Assembly: GCF_963921235.1 (NCBI RefSeq)
Contig: NC_086097.1
Location: 83,144,001 to 83,208,000, forward strand
DNA: 64,000 bases
Direction of reading: 5' to 3'
DNA from: Mobula hypostoma
Taxonomy: Eukaryota
The notes below the pieces were generated by a model that had not been told where the DNA came from, made no database searches, and was given only the letters and a program-made list of their open reading frames with translations. A program made the position numbers and the translations under genes. Positions 13,250 to 24,492 of this stretch are shown here, in pieces. The number at the start of each line of letters is the position of its first letter. Positions within the stretch are counted from its first letter, which is position 1.

Positions 13250-14415
13250 TATCAGAATCAGGTTTATTATCACTGGCATGTGATGTGAAATTTGTTAACT
13301 TAGCAGCAGCAGTTCAATGCAATACATAATCTAGCAGAGAGAAAAAAATAAAATAATAATAATAATAAATAAACAAGAAAATCAATTACATATATTTAAT
13401 AGATTTTAAAAAACGTGCAAAAACAGAAATACTGTATATTAAAGAAGTGAGGTAGTGTCCAAAGATTCAATGTCCATTTAGGAATCAGAAGGCAGAGGGG
13501 AAGAAGCTGTTCCTGAATCGCTGAGTGTGTGCCTTCGGGCTTCTGTACCTCCTACCTGATGGTAACTATGAGAAAAGGACATGCCCTGAGTGCTGGAGGT
13601 CCTTAATAATGGGCACTGCCTTTCTGAGGCACCACTCCCTAAAGATGTCCTGGGTACTTTGTCGGCTAGTGCCCAAGATGGAGCTGACTAGATTTACAAC
13701 CCTCCATACCAGACAGTGATAGAGCCTGTCAGAATGCTCTCCATGGTACAACTACAGAAGTTTTTGAGTGTATTTGTTGACATATTAAATCTCTTCAAAC
13801 TCCTAATGAAGTATAGCCCCTGTCTTGCCTTCTTTATAAGTACATTGATATGCTGGGACCAGGTTAGATCCTCAGAGATCTTGACACCCAGGAACTTGAA
13901 GCTACTCGCTCTCTCCACTTCTGATCCCTCTAAGAAGATGGGTATGTGTTCATTCATCTTGCCCTTCTTGAAGTCCACAATCAGCTCTTTCGTCTTACTG
14001 ACCTTGAGTGCCAGGTTGTTGCTGCGACACCACCCCACTAGCTGGCATATCTCACTCCTGTATGCCCTCTGTCGCCACCTGAGATTCTACCAACGATGGT
14101 TGTACTATATCGTCAGCAAATTTATAGATGGTACTTCAGCTATGCCTAGCCACACAGTCATGTGTATAGAGAGTAGAGCAGTGGACTAAGCACACACCCC
14201 TGAGGTGCACCAGTGTTGATCATCAGCGAAGAGGAGATACTATCACCAATCGGCACAGATTGTGGTCTTCTGGTTAGGAAAGTCGAGGATTCAATTGCAG
14301 AGGGAGATACCAAGGCCCAGGTTCTGCAACTTCTCAATCAGGATTGTGGGAATGATGGTATTAAATGCTGAGCTCTAGTCGATGAGCAGCATCCTGACAT
14401 AGGTGTTTGTGTTCA
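13250..14415 (-). mobile_element. Rex1/Babar RT C-terminal half plus 3' UTR
   Basis: ORF 13694..14038 reads WCRSNNLALKVSKTKELIVDF...FKFLGVKISEDLTWSQH...ESILTGSITVWYG. An upstream GAPQGCVLSPLL motif is also present. Confidence 0.9.
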
Positions 14416-15179
14416 TTTGCCACATGCTGCAAGCCCAACTAACAGTGCATTGGGAGCAAAAGTAGATCGCGCAAAAACACACAACGGTGAGGATTATATC
14501 GCTGCTCAGCAACGCGCTGTGTTACACCACTGTCAACTCCTCCTTCAGAAAAAGAAAGCCGGCACTGTTATAAATGCGTTCTGTGACAACGGGCTAGCGA
14601 GAAGTGAGTTTGATCACAAGGTCTACACAAGATGGAGAGCGGGCACGCTTGTAGCATTTTTGGAATAAAGTGAGAAATAAATAGCCTGGGATTAAAATCA
14701 GAAATGAAGCTGAGGTGGCTTTCGAAGATCACATGTATTTACATCCTTTAAGCCTTCCCTCGATTTTTGTTTCTCAGAGTATTCGTGCAGATCAAAACGT
14801 GCAGACGGAGCGCTCTACCGATAGATACTTTTAGAGATCCATGTCACCATATGCCTGTCCTTCTGGGCGATTCAATGTTGGTTCTGCTAGCAGTTCCCAC
14901 GCTGAGCATTTCGGTTCCATTCTATCATGAGAGGAAACGCGATTAGATTTGAATGTGAGCAAGGCTGCGTGGAATGCCAACAGAATTTCTCTGAGCTGAG
15001 GTTGGTTGAATATTTCTCGATAAGGGAAATGTAACCAAGTTGGGCAGCGGACACAACGGCACATCTCCCTTAACACGGGTCAGCCGTTTGCTCCCATGCT
15101 TTCAACCGATTCAAGCATCTAATGTGTATTTGATACGAAATCTGCACTTGCTCTCAACCTTAGCAAGTCAATTCTTTAT

Positions 15180-15590
15180 CAGATAGAGTCATAGAGCAGT
15201 ACCGCACAGAAACAGACCCTTCGGCCCACCTAGCCCGTGCCGGACTATTATTTTGTCGCCGCCCATCGACCTGCACCTGGACCATAGCCCTCCGTACCCC
15301 TCTCATCCACGTATTTATACAATCCTTTTTTTGAATGTTGAAATCAAACCCACGACCACCACATCCGCTGGCAGCTCGTTCCACACCCTCAACAATCTCT
15401 GAGTAAAGAGGTTCCCCATCATTTCCCCCTTAAACATTTCACCTCTCACCCTTAACCTCCAGTTCTAGTCTCATCCAACCTCACTGGTAAAATATTTACC
15501 CTACCTATACCCTCATAATTATATATGTCTCGATCAAATCTCCCCTCGTTCCGCTACGCTCCAGGGAATAGTCCCAACCTTTTCAACCTC
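15180..15590 (-). mobile_element. CR1 3' end
   Basis: Reverse complement of the CR1 terminus seen at 16400-16795. Confidence 0.75.
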
Positions 15591-15624
15591 AGGTTGTTTC
15601 TCGGGCCACTGGAACCACCAAGCA

Positions 15625-15780
15625 GAAATAGGTGAACAGATAATCGACGTTTCGGGTCGCGACCTTTCACCTGGACAGTCCGGATGAAGGGTCTCGACCC
15701 GATACTTCGACTGTGCATCTCCCGACACAGGCACTGCCCGACCTGCTGAGTTCCTCCAGCATCTTGTTTGATGCTCCTGA
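15625..15780. mobile_element. Short palindromic pair of Penelope terminal fragments with degenerate hammerhead motifs
   Basis: TCGACGTTTCGGGTCGCGACCTTTCACCTGGAC directly abuts its inverted counterpart AGTCCGGATGAAGGGTCTCGACCCGATACTTCGA. Confidence 0.65.
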
Positions 15781-15824
15781 TCCCTAGCATATCGAACAAA
15801 AATAAAAATGATGTGTATTATATT

Positions 15825-15954
15825 CCTGACGAAGGGTCTCGGCCTGAAACGTCGACTGCACCTCTTCCTAGAGATGCTGCCTGGCCTGCTGCGTTCACCA
15901 GCAACTTTTATGTGTGTTGCTTGAATTTCCAGCATCTGCAGAATTCCTGTTGTT
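15825..15954 (+). mobile_element. 130-bp Penelope terminal-repeat insertion beginning at the hammerhead core, 11-bp TSD
   Basis: TGTATTATATT flanks it at 15814-15824 and 15955-15965. The insert starts CCTGACGAAGGGTCTCGGCCTGAAACGTCGACTG. Confidence 0.85.
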
Positions 15955-16399
15955 TGTATTATATTTCTATACGCCATGGAACAAGATCGTTCAGTCCACC
16001 AAGTCGGTGCTGGCTCTCAGAGTTACCCCATCAATTATTCCCCCACACGCGCTTATCAACCCCTCCCCGATCTGATACTCCTGCCAACAGAGCACAGTGC
16101 GGTTATTTACAGAAGCAGGTGCGCACGTCTTTGGGTTATTATGCGGGCTGGGCACACGATCACAGAGAGAAGGTGTAAATTCCACGCAGATATCTCCAGT
16201 GGTCAGATCACATATTTGCAGTGTATGCTGATCTAAATCATGTTGACTATTACGCATTGATCTGCACTTTGGGAAGTACTTGGCATCTTAGAAACCAAGT
16301 TCTGTTTTATAATCAGAGAACAATAGTCCGGTAAAAATTAGAGCGACTGTCTTTCCCCAATCAATCCCCTCGCTAAAGGTGTGTTCTTTGGAACGTAGA

Positions 16400-16795
16400 A
16401 GGTTGGTGGGGGGACTTGATAGAGGTATTTAAAATTATGAGGGGAATAGATAGAGTTAACGTGGATAGGCTTTTTCCATTGAGAGTGGGGGAGATTCAAA
16501 CAAGAGGACATGAGTTGAGAGTTAAAGGGCAAAAGTTTAGGGGTAACATGAGGGGGAACTTCTTTACTCAGTGAGTGGTAGCTGTGTGGAACGAGCTTCC
16601 AGCAGAAGTGGTTGAGGAAGGTTCGATGTTGTCGTTTAAAGTTAAATTGGATAGATATATGGACAGGAAAGGAATGGAGGGTTATGGGCTGAGTGCGGGT
16701 CGGTGGGACTAGGTGAGAGTAAGAGTTCAGCATGGACTAGAAGGGCCGAGATAGCCTGTTTCCATGCTGTAATTGTTATATGGTTATATGGTTAT
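16400..16795 (+). mobile_element. CR1 3' end with (GTTATATG)n tail
   Basis: DLIEVFKIMRGIDRV...LFPLRVGEIQTRGHELRVKG motif with a microsatellite-like tail. Confidence 0.88.
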
Positions 16796-17184
16796 TCAAG
16801 GGCTCTTCGTCACTCCAATCAAGAGTACTGGGCTACACAGCAAAATAAAACTTTAAGAACGGAGCTTCTGTCGGTCGCAGTTCCTTTCTGGCCCTGCATC
16901 TCGACCTCATCGTCCTTAACTAGAAGCAAATAAAAGGAATTCTCATCGAACCAGATCATTAAGGTTCACCGATCTGTTAGCCATGTCGAAACGCCTCAGG
17001 AATGCGATCCAGAGTAATATTATTGCACCAGGCAGCAAGGAGGCGGGACAGGACCTGGAACAGGGTGGACCTCAAATATTTCCCAGCTTCGTCGGCATGT
17101 CACCTGGTTCACTGCAGTTCACGGAAATTTGCAATGAGTTCGCAGTATTCTGCCAGGGAGCCACAAATACCGTGTTAACTAGAA

Positions 17185-17472
17185 CTATGGGTCAGAACTA
17201 AAGATTCGGGCGAATAGATTTAGGACGGAGATGAGGGGAAGAGAACCGCTTTTCCCGGAGAGTAGTGAATTTATAGAATTATCTGCCCAGGGAAGTGGTA
17301 GAGGTATTCTCATTAAATACATAATTAGTTAGATTTTTGCTTAGCATGGGAATTAAAGGTTCTGGGGAAAAGGCAGGTACGTAGAGCTGAGTTCACGGCC
17401 AGATCTGCCTTGATCTTATTGAATGGGGAGCACGCACGGCTGGCCACAGGCCTACACCCATTATGTTCTCTC
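17185..17472 (+). mobile_element. CR1 3' end
   Basis: TRTMGQN*RFG..FRTEMRG remnant with a typical CR1 3' terminus. Confidence 0.7.
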
Positions 17473-18689
17473 TAGGGCACAAGAGACAAATGAAATGAAG
17501 TGACATAGGTGACAACTGGGGATCGCTTCCAGATTAGCGCAATGCCTTCTATGCTCGCTTTAACGTCAAAGTACGGAGGTATCTTCACGAAGTCCCAAAA
17601 CCCCTCCCCCATGACTCTGTGATTTCAGCCTCTGAGGTCAACGGAGGACATCCTTCAGGAGGGTGAACCCACGGAAAGCAACTGGCCCAGGTGAGGTATC
17701 TGGTCAAATACTAAAGACCTGCTCAACTGACTGGTGTGTTAACCAATATCATTAACCTCTCACTTTGGCAGTCTGAGGTAAGTTTTGCTTCAAGCAGGCC
17801 TCAGTCATATCAGGTCTCTAAGAAGAACGTGGTAACCTGCCTCAGTGATTATTGTCCAGAAGCATTTACACCCACCGTCTTGAACTGTTTTGAAGGCTGG
17901 TGATGAAACACGTCAATTCCTGCCTGAGAAGCGACTTGAAGTGTCCTGAAGAAGGGTCTCGGCCCGAATCATCAACTATCCTTTCTCATAGATGCTGCCC
18001 AACCTGCTGAGTTCATTCAGCATTTTGCCTACAGGCACAACATGGCCCCAGCAGATGCCATTTCTTTCGGCTTCACTCAAGCCTGGAACATCCGGGCAGC
18101 AAAAAATACATCAGGGTTCTCTTTACCGATTACAGCTCGACATTCAATAGAAAAATAACCCCCCCCAAAAAAAAACTAATCAATAACCTTCAGGGTGCCT
18201 AGGTCCCTGCTCTGCTCGCTTTACATTTATGACTGTGTGGCTAAGCACAGTTCCGCTGCCATATTCAAGTCTGCTGACAACAGTGTTGTAGGCCGATTCA
18301 AAGGTGTGACGAATCAGCATATAGGAGGGAGATTGAAAATCTGGCTGAGTGGTGCCACAACAGCCTCTCACTCAGTGTCACTGAGACCAAGAAGATGATC
18401 ATTGAAGTTAAGAGGAGGAAACTGCTGGTTCATGAGCCAGTCCTCGTCGGGAGGTCAGAGAAGAGGGTCAGAACTTTAAATTCCTCGGTATTACCATTTC
18501 AGTCTATCTGTCCTGGGCGCAGCGCCTAAGTGCAATTACAAAGAAATCACGACAGTGCCTCTACTCAGAGCTTGCAAAGATTTGGCATGTCATCTAAAAC
18601 TTTGACAAATTTCTATGGATGTGTTGTGGAGAGCATATTGACTGGTTACAACATGGGCTGATATGGAAACAACACCAATGCACTTAATT

Positions 18690-19555
18690 AGAACCGGAAT
18701 CAGGTTTAAAATCGCTGGCATATGTTGTGAAATGCGTTAACTTCACGGCAGCCGTACAATGAAATACGTGATAACTATGTATAGAGGAAAAAAATCTGAG
18801 TTGCATTAAATATATATGTCTATTAAATAGTTAAATTAAAGCGAGTACGGCAAAATAGCAGAAATAAAAAAGTAGTGAGGTAGCGTTCATGGGTTCAATG
18901 TCCAAATGTCCATTTAGAAACCAGATGGCAGAGGGGAAGAAGCTCTTCCTGAATCGCAGAGTGTGTGCCTTCAGGCTTCTGTACCTCCTTCCCGATAGTA
19001 ACAGAGTGAAGATGGCATATCCTCGGTGATGGGGATCCTTAAAGATGGACGCCGCCTTCCTAAGGCACTACTCCTTGAAGATGTCTGGGATACTACGGAA
19101 GCTGGTACCATCATACAGCTGACCAATCTTACAAGTTCCTGCACCTTATTTCGATCTTGCGCGGTAACCCCGCCCCCCCCCCATAGCAGATAGTATTGCA
19201 GCCAGTCGGAATGCTCTCCACGGTACATTTGTGGAAGTTGTCAAGTGTTTTAGTTGACAAACCAAATCTCCTCAAATTCCGAGGGAAATACAGCCGCTGC
19301 CTTGCCTTCATTATACTGTACCTGTATCTATATGTTACGTTCAGGTTAGATCCTCAGAGATCTTGACACCCAGGAACTTGAAACTGCTCTCTCTCTCCAC
19401 TTCCGATCCCTCTGTGAGGATTGGTTTGTGCTGCCTCATCTTACCCTTCCTCTTTGGTCTTGCTGACAAGTGTAAAGTTGTTGCTGCGACACTAACTGGT
19501 ATATTTCACTCCTGTACGCCCTCTCGTCACCATCTGAAATTATGCCAACAAAGGT
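18690..19555 (-). mobile_element. Rex1/Babar 3' fragment nested in the opposite orientation
   Basis: KARQRLYFPRNLRRFGLSTKTLDNFHKCTVESI; the 3' UTR closely resembles 13250-13560. Confidence 0.85.
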
Positions 19556-19948
19556 CAAATAGAAAACACCAGCAAACAGAAAAGCCTACGGAAAGTATTG
19601 GATACAGCCCAGAACATTTCAGATAAAGCCCTCCCCACCATTGAGCACATCTGCAAGGAGCACCGTGGCAGGAAAGCAGCATCCTTCATCAGGGACCACA
19701 CCACCCAGGTTATGCTCTCATCTCGATGATGTCATTAGAAAGGTAGTACGGGAAGCTCAGGACTCACACCAGCAGGTTCAGGACCAGTTATTATTCCTCA
19801 ACCATCAGTCCCGTGAACCACTGGGAATAACTTCTTTCAACTTCACTTGCCCCATCTCTGAACTGTTCCTACAACCTATGGGCTCACTTCCAAGGACTCT
19901 TCATCTCATGTTCTCGATAGTTATTGTTCATTCATTCATTCGTTCATT

Positions 19949-19953
19949 TATTA

Positions 19954-19994
<41 letters not shown>
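19949..19994. repeat. (ATT)n microsatellite; a second tract lies at about 20097-20135
   Basis: Read directly from the sequence. Confidence 0.95.
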
Positions 19995-20769
19995 TTAGGG
20001 ACATTTATTTTTCCTCAGCTCAAGGTGGAAAAACCTAAGATTTAGCCTAGCACTTCTCAATTGCTAGGAACTTTCGGACTATTCTAGTGTATTTAGTATT
20101 ATTATTATTATTATTATTATCATTACTATTATTATTCTATTTTGCATCTGCACAGTCTTTTGCCACAGTGCTTGTTTATCCACCCTGCTGGGTGCTGTCT
20201 TTCCTTCATTCATTCTATTAAGGTCCTTGAATTTACCCGGTATACACGCAAGAAAACGAATCTCGGGGTTTTACATGGTGGCATATAATACTTTGATAAT
20301 AATTTTACATTGAACCTTTGTGGCTGCGTTGCTGGAATCTGAGGCGGCGCTACATTTCCTTCCCATTCCCCCCCCCCACCCCCACCCGTGGTGCACGACC
20401 CGCTGAGCTCCTTCAGCAGATTGCATGCTGCCCCAGAATCGGCTGAATCTCCCTTCCAGTCTTCTGATAACACCCCCCTCGCTGTAAGCTAAGAAACACC
20501 TCGCTGTTCCTGATCACTTCCCCAACATGAGGAGATCGGCCAGGGTGACAATGCGAGGCTGGAATACAATGGAATTAAAAGTGCTAGGAAACAAAAGTAG
20601 TGAAATTAACTAAATGAGAGCAAGACCCTTTGCTAGAAATGATTTAAGCAATACTCATGAGAACTATGAGGATTATGTCTTACATTTCTATCGCAACTTG
20701 GTTTTAATCATTGTCTATAATTTTCCTCGCTTATTTCCTAAACCTTGAGCCTGTTTTAATGTAGATGTT

Positions 20770-21700
20770 GAGTGAAACCGTGGGCAAAACGTGGCCAAAC
20801 GCTGCAAGGATAACTTAAACTGCAAATAATTTTCTTCCTGTTGCTGCTGGGGCTGCAACCCCTCGCTGATAACAGCGTGCAGTTTAATTGCGGGTCGCCA
20901 CCAAGCCCGACCTCCAACTGGCTGGGTGCCCGCCAGACGTGAGCTGCGAGCTGCGAGCGGGGACGGAGGGGCAACGGGGATTGTCAATCAAGCGCGCGTC
21001 ACGGGCCGAGGCTCAATCAGAGCGGAGCGCGCGGCTGGTTTAGGACGCACTCGAGACACTCAGCAACAGGAACGGGAGTGCATTTGCACTCTGCTTCACT
21101 CACGCACTGCTGCTTGAGCTGGGCTTGGTTAAGCACTTTAACAATAAGGACTGGAGCTCTCCGAAATAAAGAGGCAGAGGGGAAACTCGTGAAAACTGTT
21201 ATTACAGAAAACATTCTGAGTTTAATCAGTGCGGCGGCTGCAGGACAATTTAATTTTTAAGTGTTGTAAGTTGCAGCAAAGTCTCTTGGACCTCAAGGCA
21301 TCCTTCAGAAGTTTGTTGCGAATTCTGCCGTTTTCGGGAGTTGTCATGCTGAGGGTGCGGCGTGACGGCGCGGGGTTGCTGGCGGTCTGCTTGCTGTGGT
21401 CTGGCTGTTGGGGAGCCGTGAGCGAACGGCCACAAGAGTGCCGGCCGTGCAGCCGGCAGCAGTGCGAGGAGCCGCGAACTTGTCCGGGCGCGAAGGTGTT
21501 GGATGCCTGCGGCTGCTGCCTGGTGTGTGCCCGGCAGAAGGGGGACACGTGCGGCGAGCTGGACGCCAATCTGGGCAAGTGTGACACGGGTCTGTGGTGT
21601 GTGAATGAAAGCCTGTCCAGTATTGAGGAAGGGGAGGACGGTGACAGTAGCTCCGGAATAGACCGAGGACCGTTGATAGGAGTCTGCAAAGGTGAGCATT
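20770..21700 (+). promoter_or_regulatory. CpG island / promoter and 5' UTR of the IGFBP-domain gene
   Basis: High GC and CpG density (e.g. AGCGCGCGTCACG, GGAGCGCGCGG) against a CpG-poor background. No ATG on + between about 20770 and 21345. CAATCA motifs at about 20985 and 21014. Confidence 0.75.
21346..21691 (+). CDS. First coding exon (signal peptide + IGFBP N-terminal domain) of a CRIM1-like (cysteine-rich motor neuron 1-like) gene
   Basis: GTCATGC start with G at -3, then the hydrophobic leader LLAVCLLWSGCWG. The domain CRPCSRQQCEEPRTCPGAKVLDACGCCLVCARQKGDTCG...GKCDTGLWCV...GVCK carries the IGFBP CGCCxxC motif. 346 nt ends AAAG|GTGAGC (phase 1), as recalled for CRIM1 exon 1 (CEEPRNCPG, GTCDRGLRCV, GVCE|D). 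Symbol withheld because orthology is uncertain. Confidence 0.9.
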
Positions 21701-21911
21701 TTCTATTGCACTTTTAAAAATGTAATCTGCTTATTTTAAATGGGCACAATCACGCATTGTCATTTAGAATATGATTGTTTTAAAGTACTACGGTAAAGCA
21801 GATTTAAATTACCTGGCTGTCAAGTTTACTCACCTGAGAGAGAACGTTGTTGGGCGGATAACGCCACCAAATGGCACAACCTATCAAAAGCAAAGCAAAT
21901 CTTAAAAACCA

Positions 21912-22094
21912 AACACGAGAAATTCTGCAGATGCTGGAAATCAAAGTAACACACACAAAATGCTGGAGGAAGTCAGCAGGCCAGGCGGCATCTGTGGAAA
22001 AGAGTGAATAGTTGACGTTTCGGGCTGAGACCCAAGGGTCTTGGCCGAAACGTCGACTGTTTAATCTTTTTCATAGATGCTGTCTGGCCTGCTG
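21912..22094. mobile_element. Palindromic Penelope terminal-repeat insertion with 15-bp TSD in intron 1
   Basis: AAATCTTAAAAACCA flanks it at 21897-21911 and 22095-22109. Arms 21912-22032 (-) and 22034-22094 (+) meet at GAGACCC-AA-GGGTCTT. Confidence 0.85.
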
Positions 22095-23984
22095 AAATCT
22101 TAAAAACCATCCCGATGTCTCTCAGAATTCAACAGGTTGTGTGTGTTGCTTTGGATTTCCAGCATCTGCAGATTTTCTCGTGTTTGGGACGTCTCTAGGC
22201 TTAGCTTTAAAAGTGTATTCTTTAATACATCAGTCCGTTATAAGATGAAAGTAGTAATTTTTTTAAACGAGTCAATCACGAATGGATGATGCTGCGAACC
22301 ACACTGTTAATGTATTAGTGAAAGGTGTGGCAGACTTGAAGCATGTTAAATCAACAGAAAGAAAAACTTGTACACCGCACCTGTTTAGTCGCAATGTGGT
22401 CTGTTCACAGTGTCCTCGTTCACGTTAGCCAAGATAAATACCCTGGGTTTCCACTGCTTCTCGAATTAGTGTTTGCAAAGTCACTTTCAACGTAATTTTT
22501 GTTTGCAGATATAAATTGCATTAAACATTATACCCGCTAAGATTTGTGACCAGGGTAGCTGTCAGTGCTTCTTTCGTATGCCTCTTGGTGAAGTTCTGGG
22601 GATCAATCGCTGCCTCCTTTTGAGACAACCGTTGCAATTGTCGCATTTTAATTAAAATAACCTCAGAACAGTGAGGTAGAAATTTGGTCTTGTAGAAGGG
22701 TGAAAAGAAAACTGCATGATAACCCTTAAATATCCCCAATATTCATGTTGCACGGCAGCTGGTTAAACTGTTTTCACACCATTTGTGAATTAAACAAGGC
22801 AGCAATCAGGGAAAAAACACAACTTATTTTAGTAAGAGTGCTCTCACTGATGTAGCATTCTGCCTGTAAGCCTAATTCCAGTTCTATACACGCTACAAGA
22901 ATGTAAGGAGTAAATTTTCAGTTGTTAAAATTGCAATGTTAACTTCTGAAGCAAAAGCTTTGGAGGCAAAAACAGATTGAAGTGAAAATATTGCTTTTTC
23001 ATGAGATAAGAATGCTCAATTTCTATAGCTGGCCAGTTTTGCAAAGGTGCTTGGAGAGATGGAACTAGGGCTGTGATGCAATCTGTGTATTGGTAACTAT
23101 ATAATAACGATTTTTTTAAAATGTTGACATGGGATCAAAATTTCTTTTGTCATAGATTTTATGGAGAATGATTTGACAATATATTCCTTTTATCTTTGAA
23201 ATCAAGAGGAGGATATCTCACCACTTTATTTGAGTTGCAGTTGTTCTTGGGAACATAAATCCAAAACCGCTTTCTTCAAGAACAGGTGGAGTTTATTGTT
23301 CTATCTGGGAACAGTTCCTGATGGGATTCTGAATATTTGGACTATAATTTGCTGTAAAAGCAAAATAAACTTCATAATTTGTTTGACCAGATCTTTTGGT
23401 GCCTGATCAGTTATAACTGGAATAGTAGAGAAGTGTGAGAAAACGTGATTGGAAAGATAAAAAGGGAAAATGACAAAGTTATAAAATTCACATTAAGTTT
23501 TAATGTCTAAGGTACATAATTTATCACATAGCTAAAAGATGGTTGTAGTTCAAATGACAGGACTTAACATTTTTAATTTTTTTTCTGTGGTGTGCTTACA
23601 CAAAATAGAAAACTAATTACTTAACGCACTTCAGTGATGAAATGGGAAAATGCCATCCTTTTTGTACCATAGTGACTCTCTTTCAACATAGACATATAGA
23701 TGACATCTTTGCCTGATACTGTCATCTAGCTGTACAATGCTGTCACTATCACATGGAAGCAAATTCTTCATGTTACAGTATGTTGGTTTAAGATAAATAT
23801 TTGGGTATTGAGGAGGTTCTGAATGGAATGGAAGTAACCCTCACTTCCTCACTCCAAAGAACCCTAAACTTGTGGATCATGAGGAAGTGCTCTTGTTTCC
23901 CTCAACCCTACAACAGAAGTGACAATGGAGAAAAATTCTTTCCTGTCTGAGCCACTCTTCAACACAGGATTAACCAGGCAGAAA

Positions 23985-24492
23985 TAATTGGAAATTCTCA
24001 GCAGACCAAGCAGCAACTGTAGATGGATTGATATTTCAGGTCAGTAACCAATCGGGGGGAGGGATCTCCACAAATGTTGCCTAACCTGCTCAGTAGTACG
24101 AACATTCTCATTTATTTTTTGATTTTTAGGAACTGCGGTGTTTTGTATCCCAGATTCAGCATCATTTTCTTTTGCTTTCCCCCTATTCACAATCTTTTCC
24201 ATCTATTTAAATGTTTATAGATCTCCTCCAGAGAGATCAATTGTGATACAGCAAACCTTCACCACTCTCTCACAGCCAGCACCACCAGTACTTGTGTTAT
24301 TCAGTCCGCTGGTCTTCATTCTTACATTTGCTTTGTGGTCTCTATCACTCACTTTCTCTGCAAATTAAAGCAAGACACTGAACATTTTATAGTTCTAATG
24401 AAAGGCCATTGCCCTGAAGTGCTAATCCTATTTTTCTCTCCACAGATGCTCTCTGACCTGCTGAGTATTTCCAGCATTTTCTGTTTTTATTT
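23985..24492. mobile_element. Old degenerate Penelope terminal-repeat fragments
   Basis: CAGATGCTCTCTGACCTGCTGAGTATTTCCAGCATTTTCTG and related pieces; hammerhead core eroded. Confidence 0.55.

Larger units (their letters stand above)
17620..20320 (+). mobile_element. Degenerate Rex1/Babar element, interrupted by an antisense Rex1 at about 18690-19555
   Basis: RT motifs run through 17640-18690 (VTCLSDYCP, YIYDCVAKHSSAAIFKSADN). The C-terminus and 3' UTR resume at 19560 and end in the family tail at 20260-20318. Confidence 0.75.

Noticed and set aside
14417..15076. ORFs in the CpG-rich unique region as exons of another gene
   Set aside because: No recognisable protein motif or consistent splice pair was found. 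Only the CpG signal is reported.
21229..21345. N-terminal extension of the 162-aa ORF
   Set aside because: It starts at GTG. The first ATG (21346) has a good context and directly precedes the signal peptide. The ORF tail beyond 21691 is intron.
21346..21691. Assignment as IGFBP7, KAZALD1, HTRA or CCN
   Set aside because: No Kazal domain follows in the exon, and the leader and IGFBP domain share one exon. ESM1 is not fully excluded but fits the residues less well than CRIM1.
21222..21699. Antisense ORFs of 155 aa and 149 aa
   Set aside because: These are shadows of the GC-rich coding exon with no recognisable motifs.
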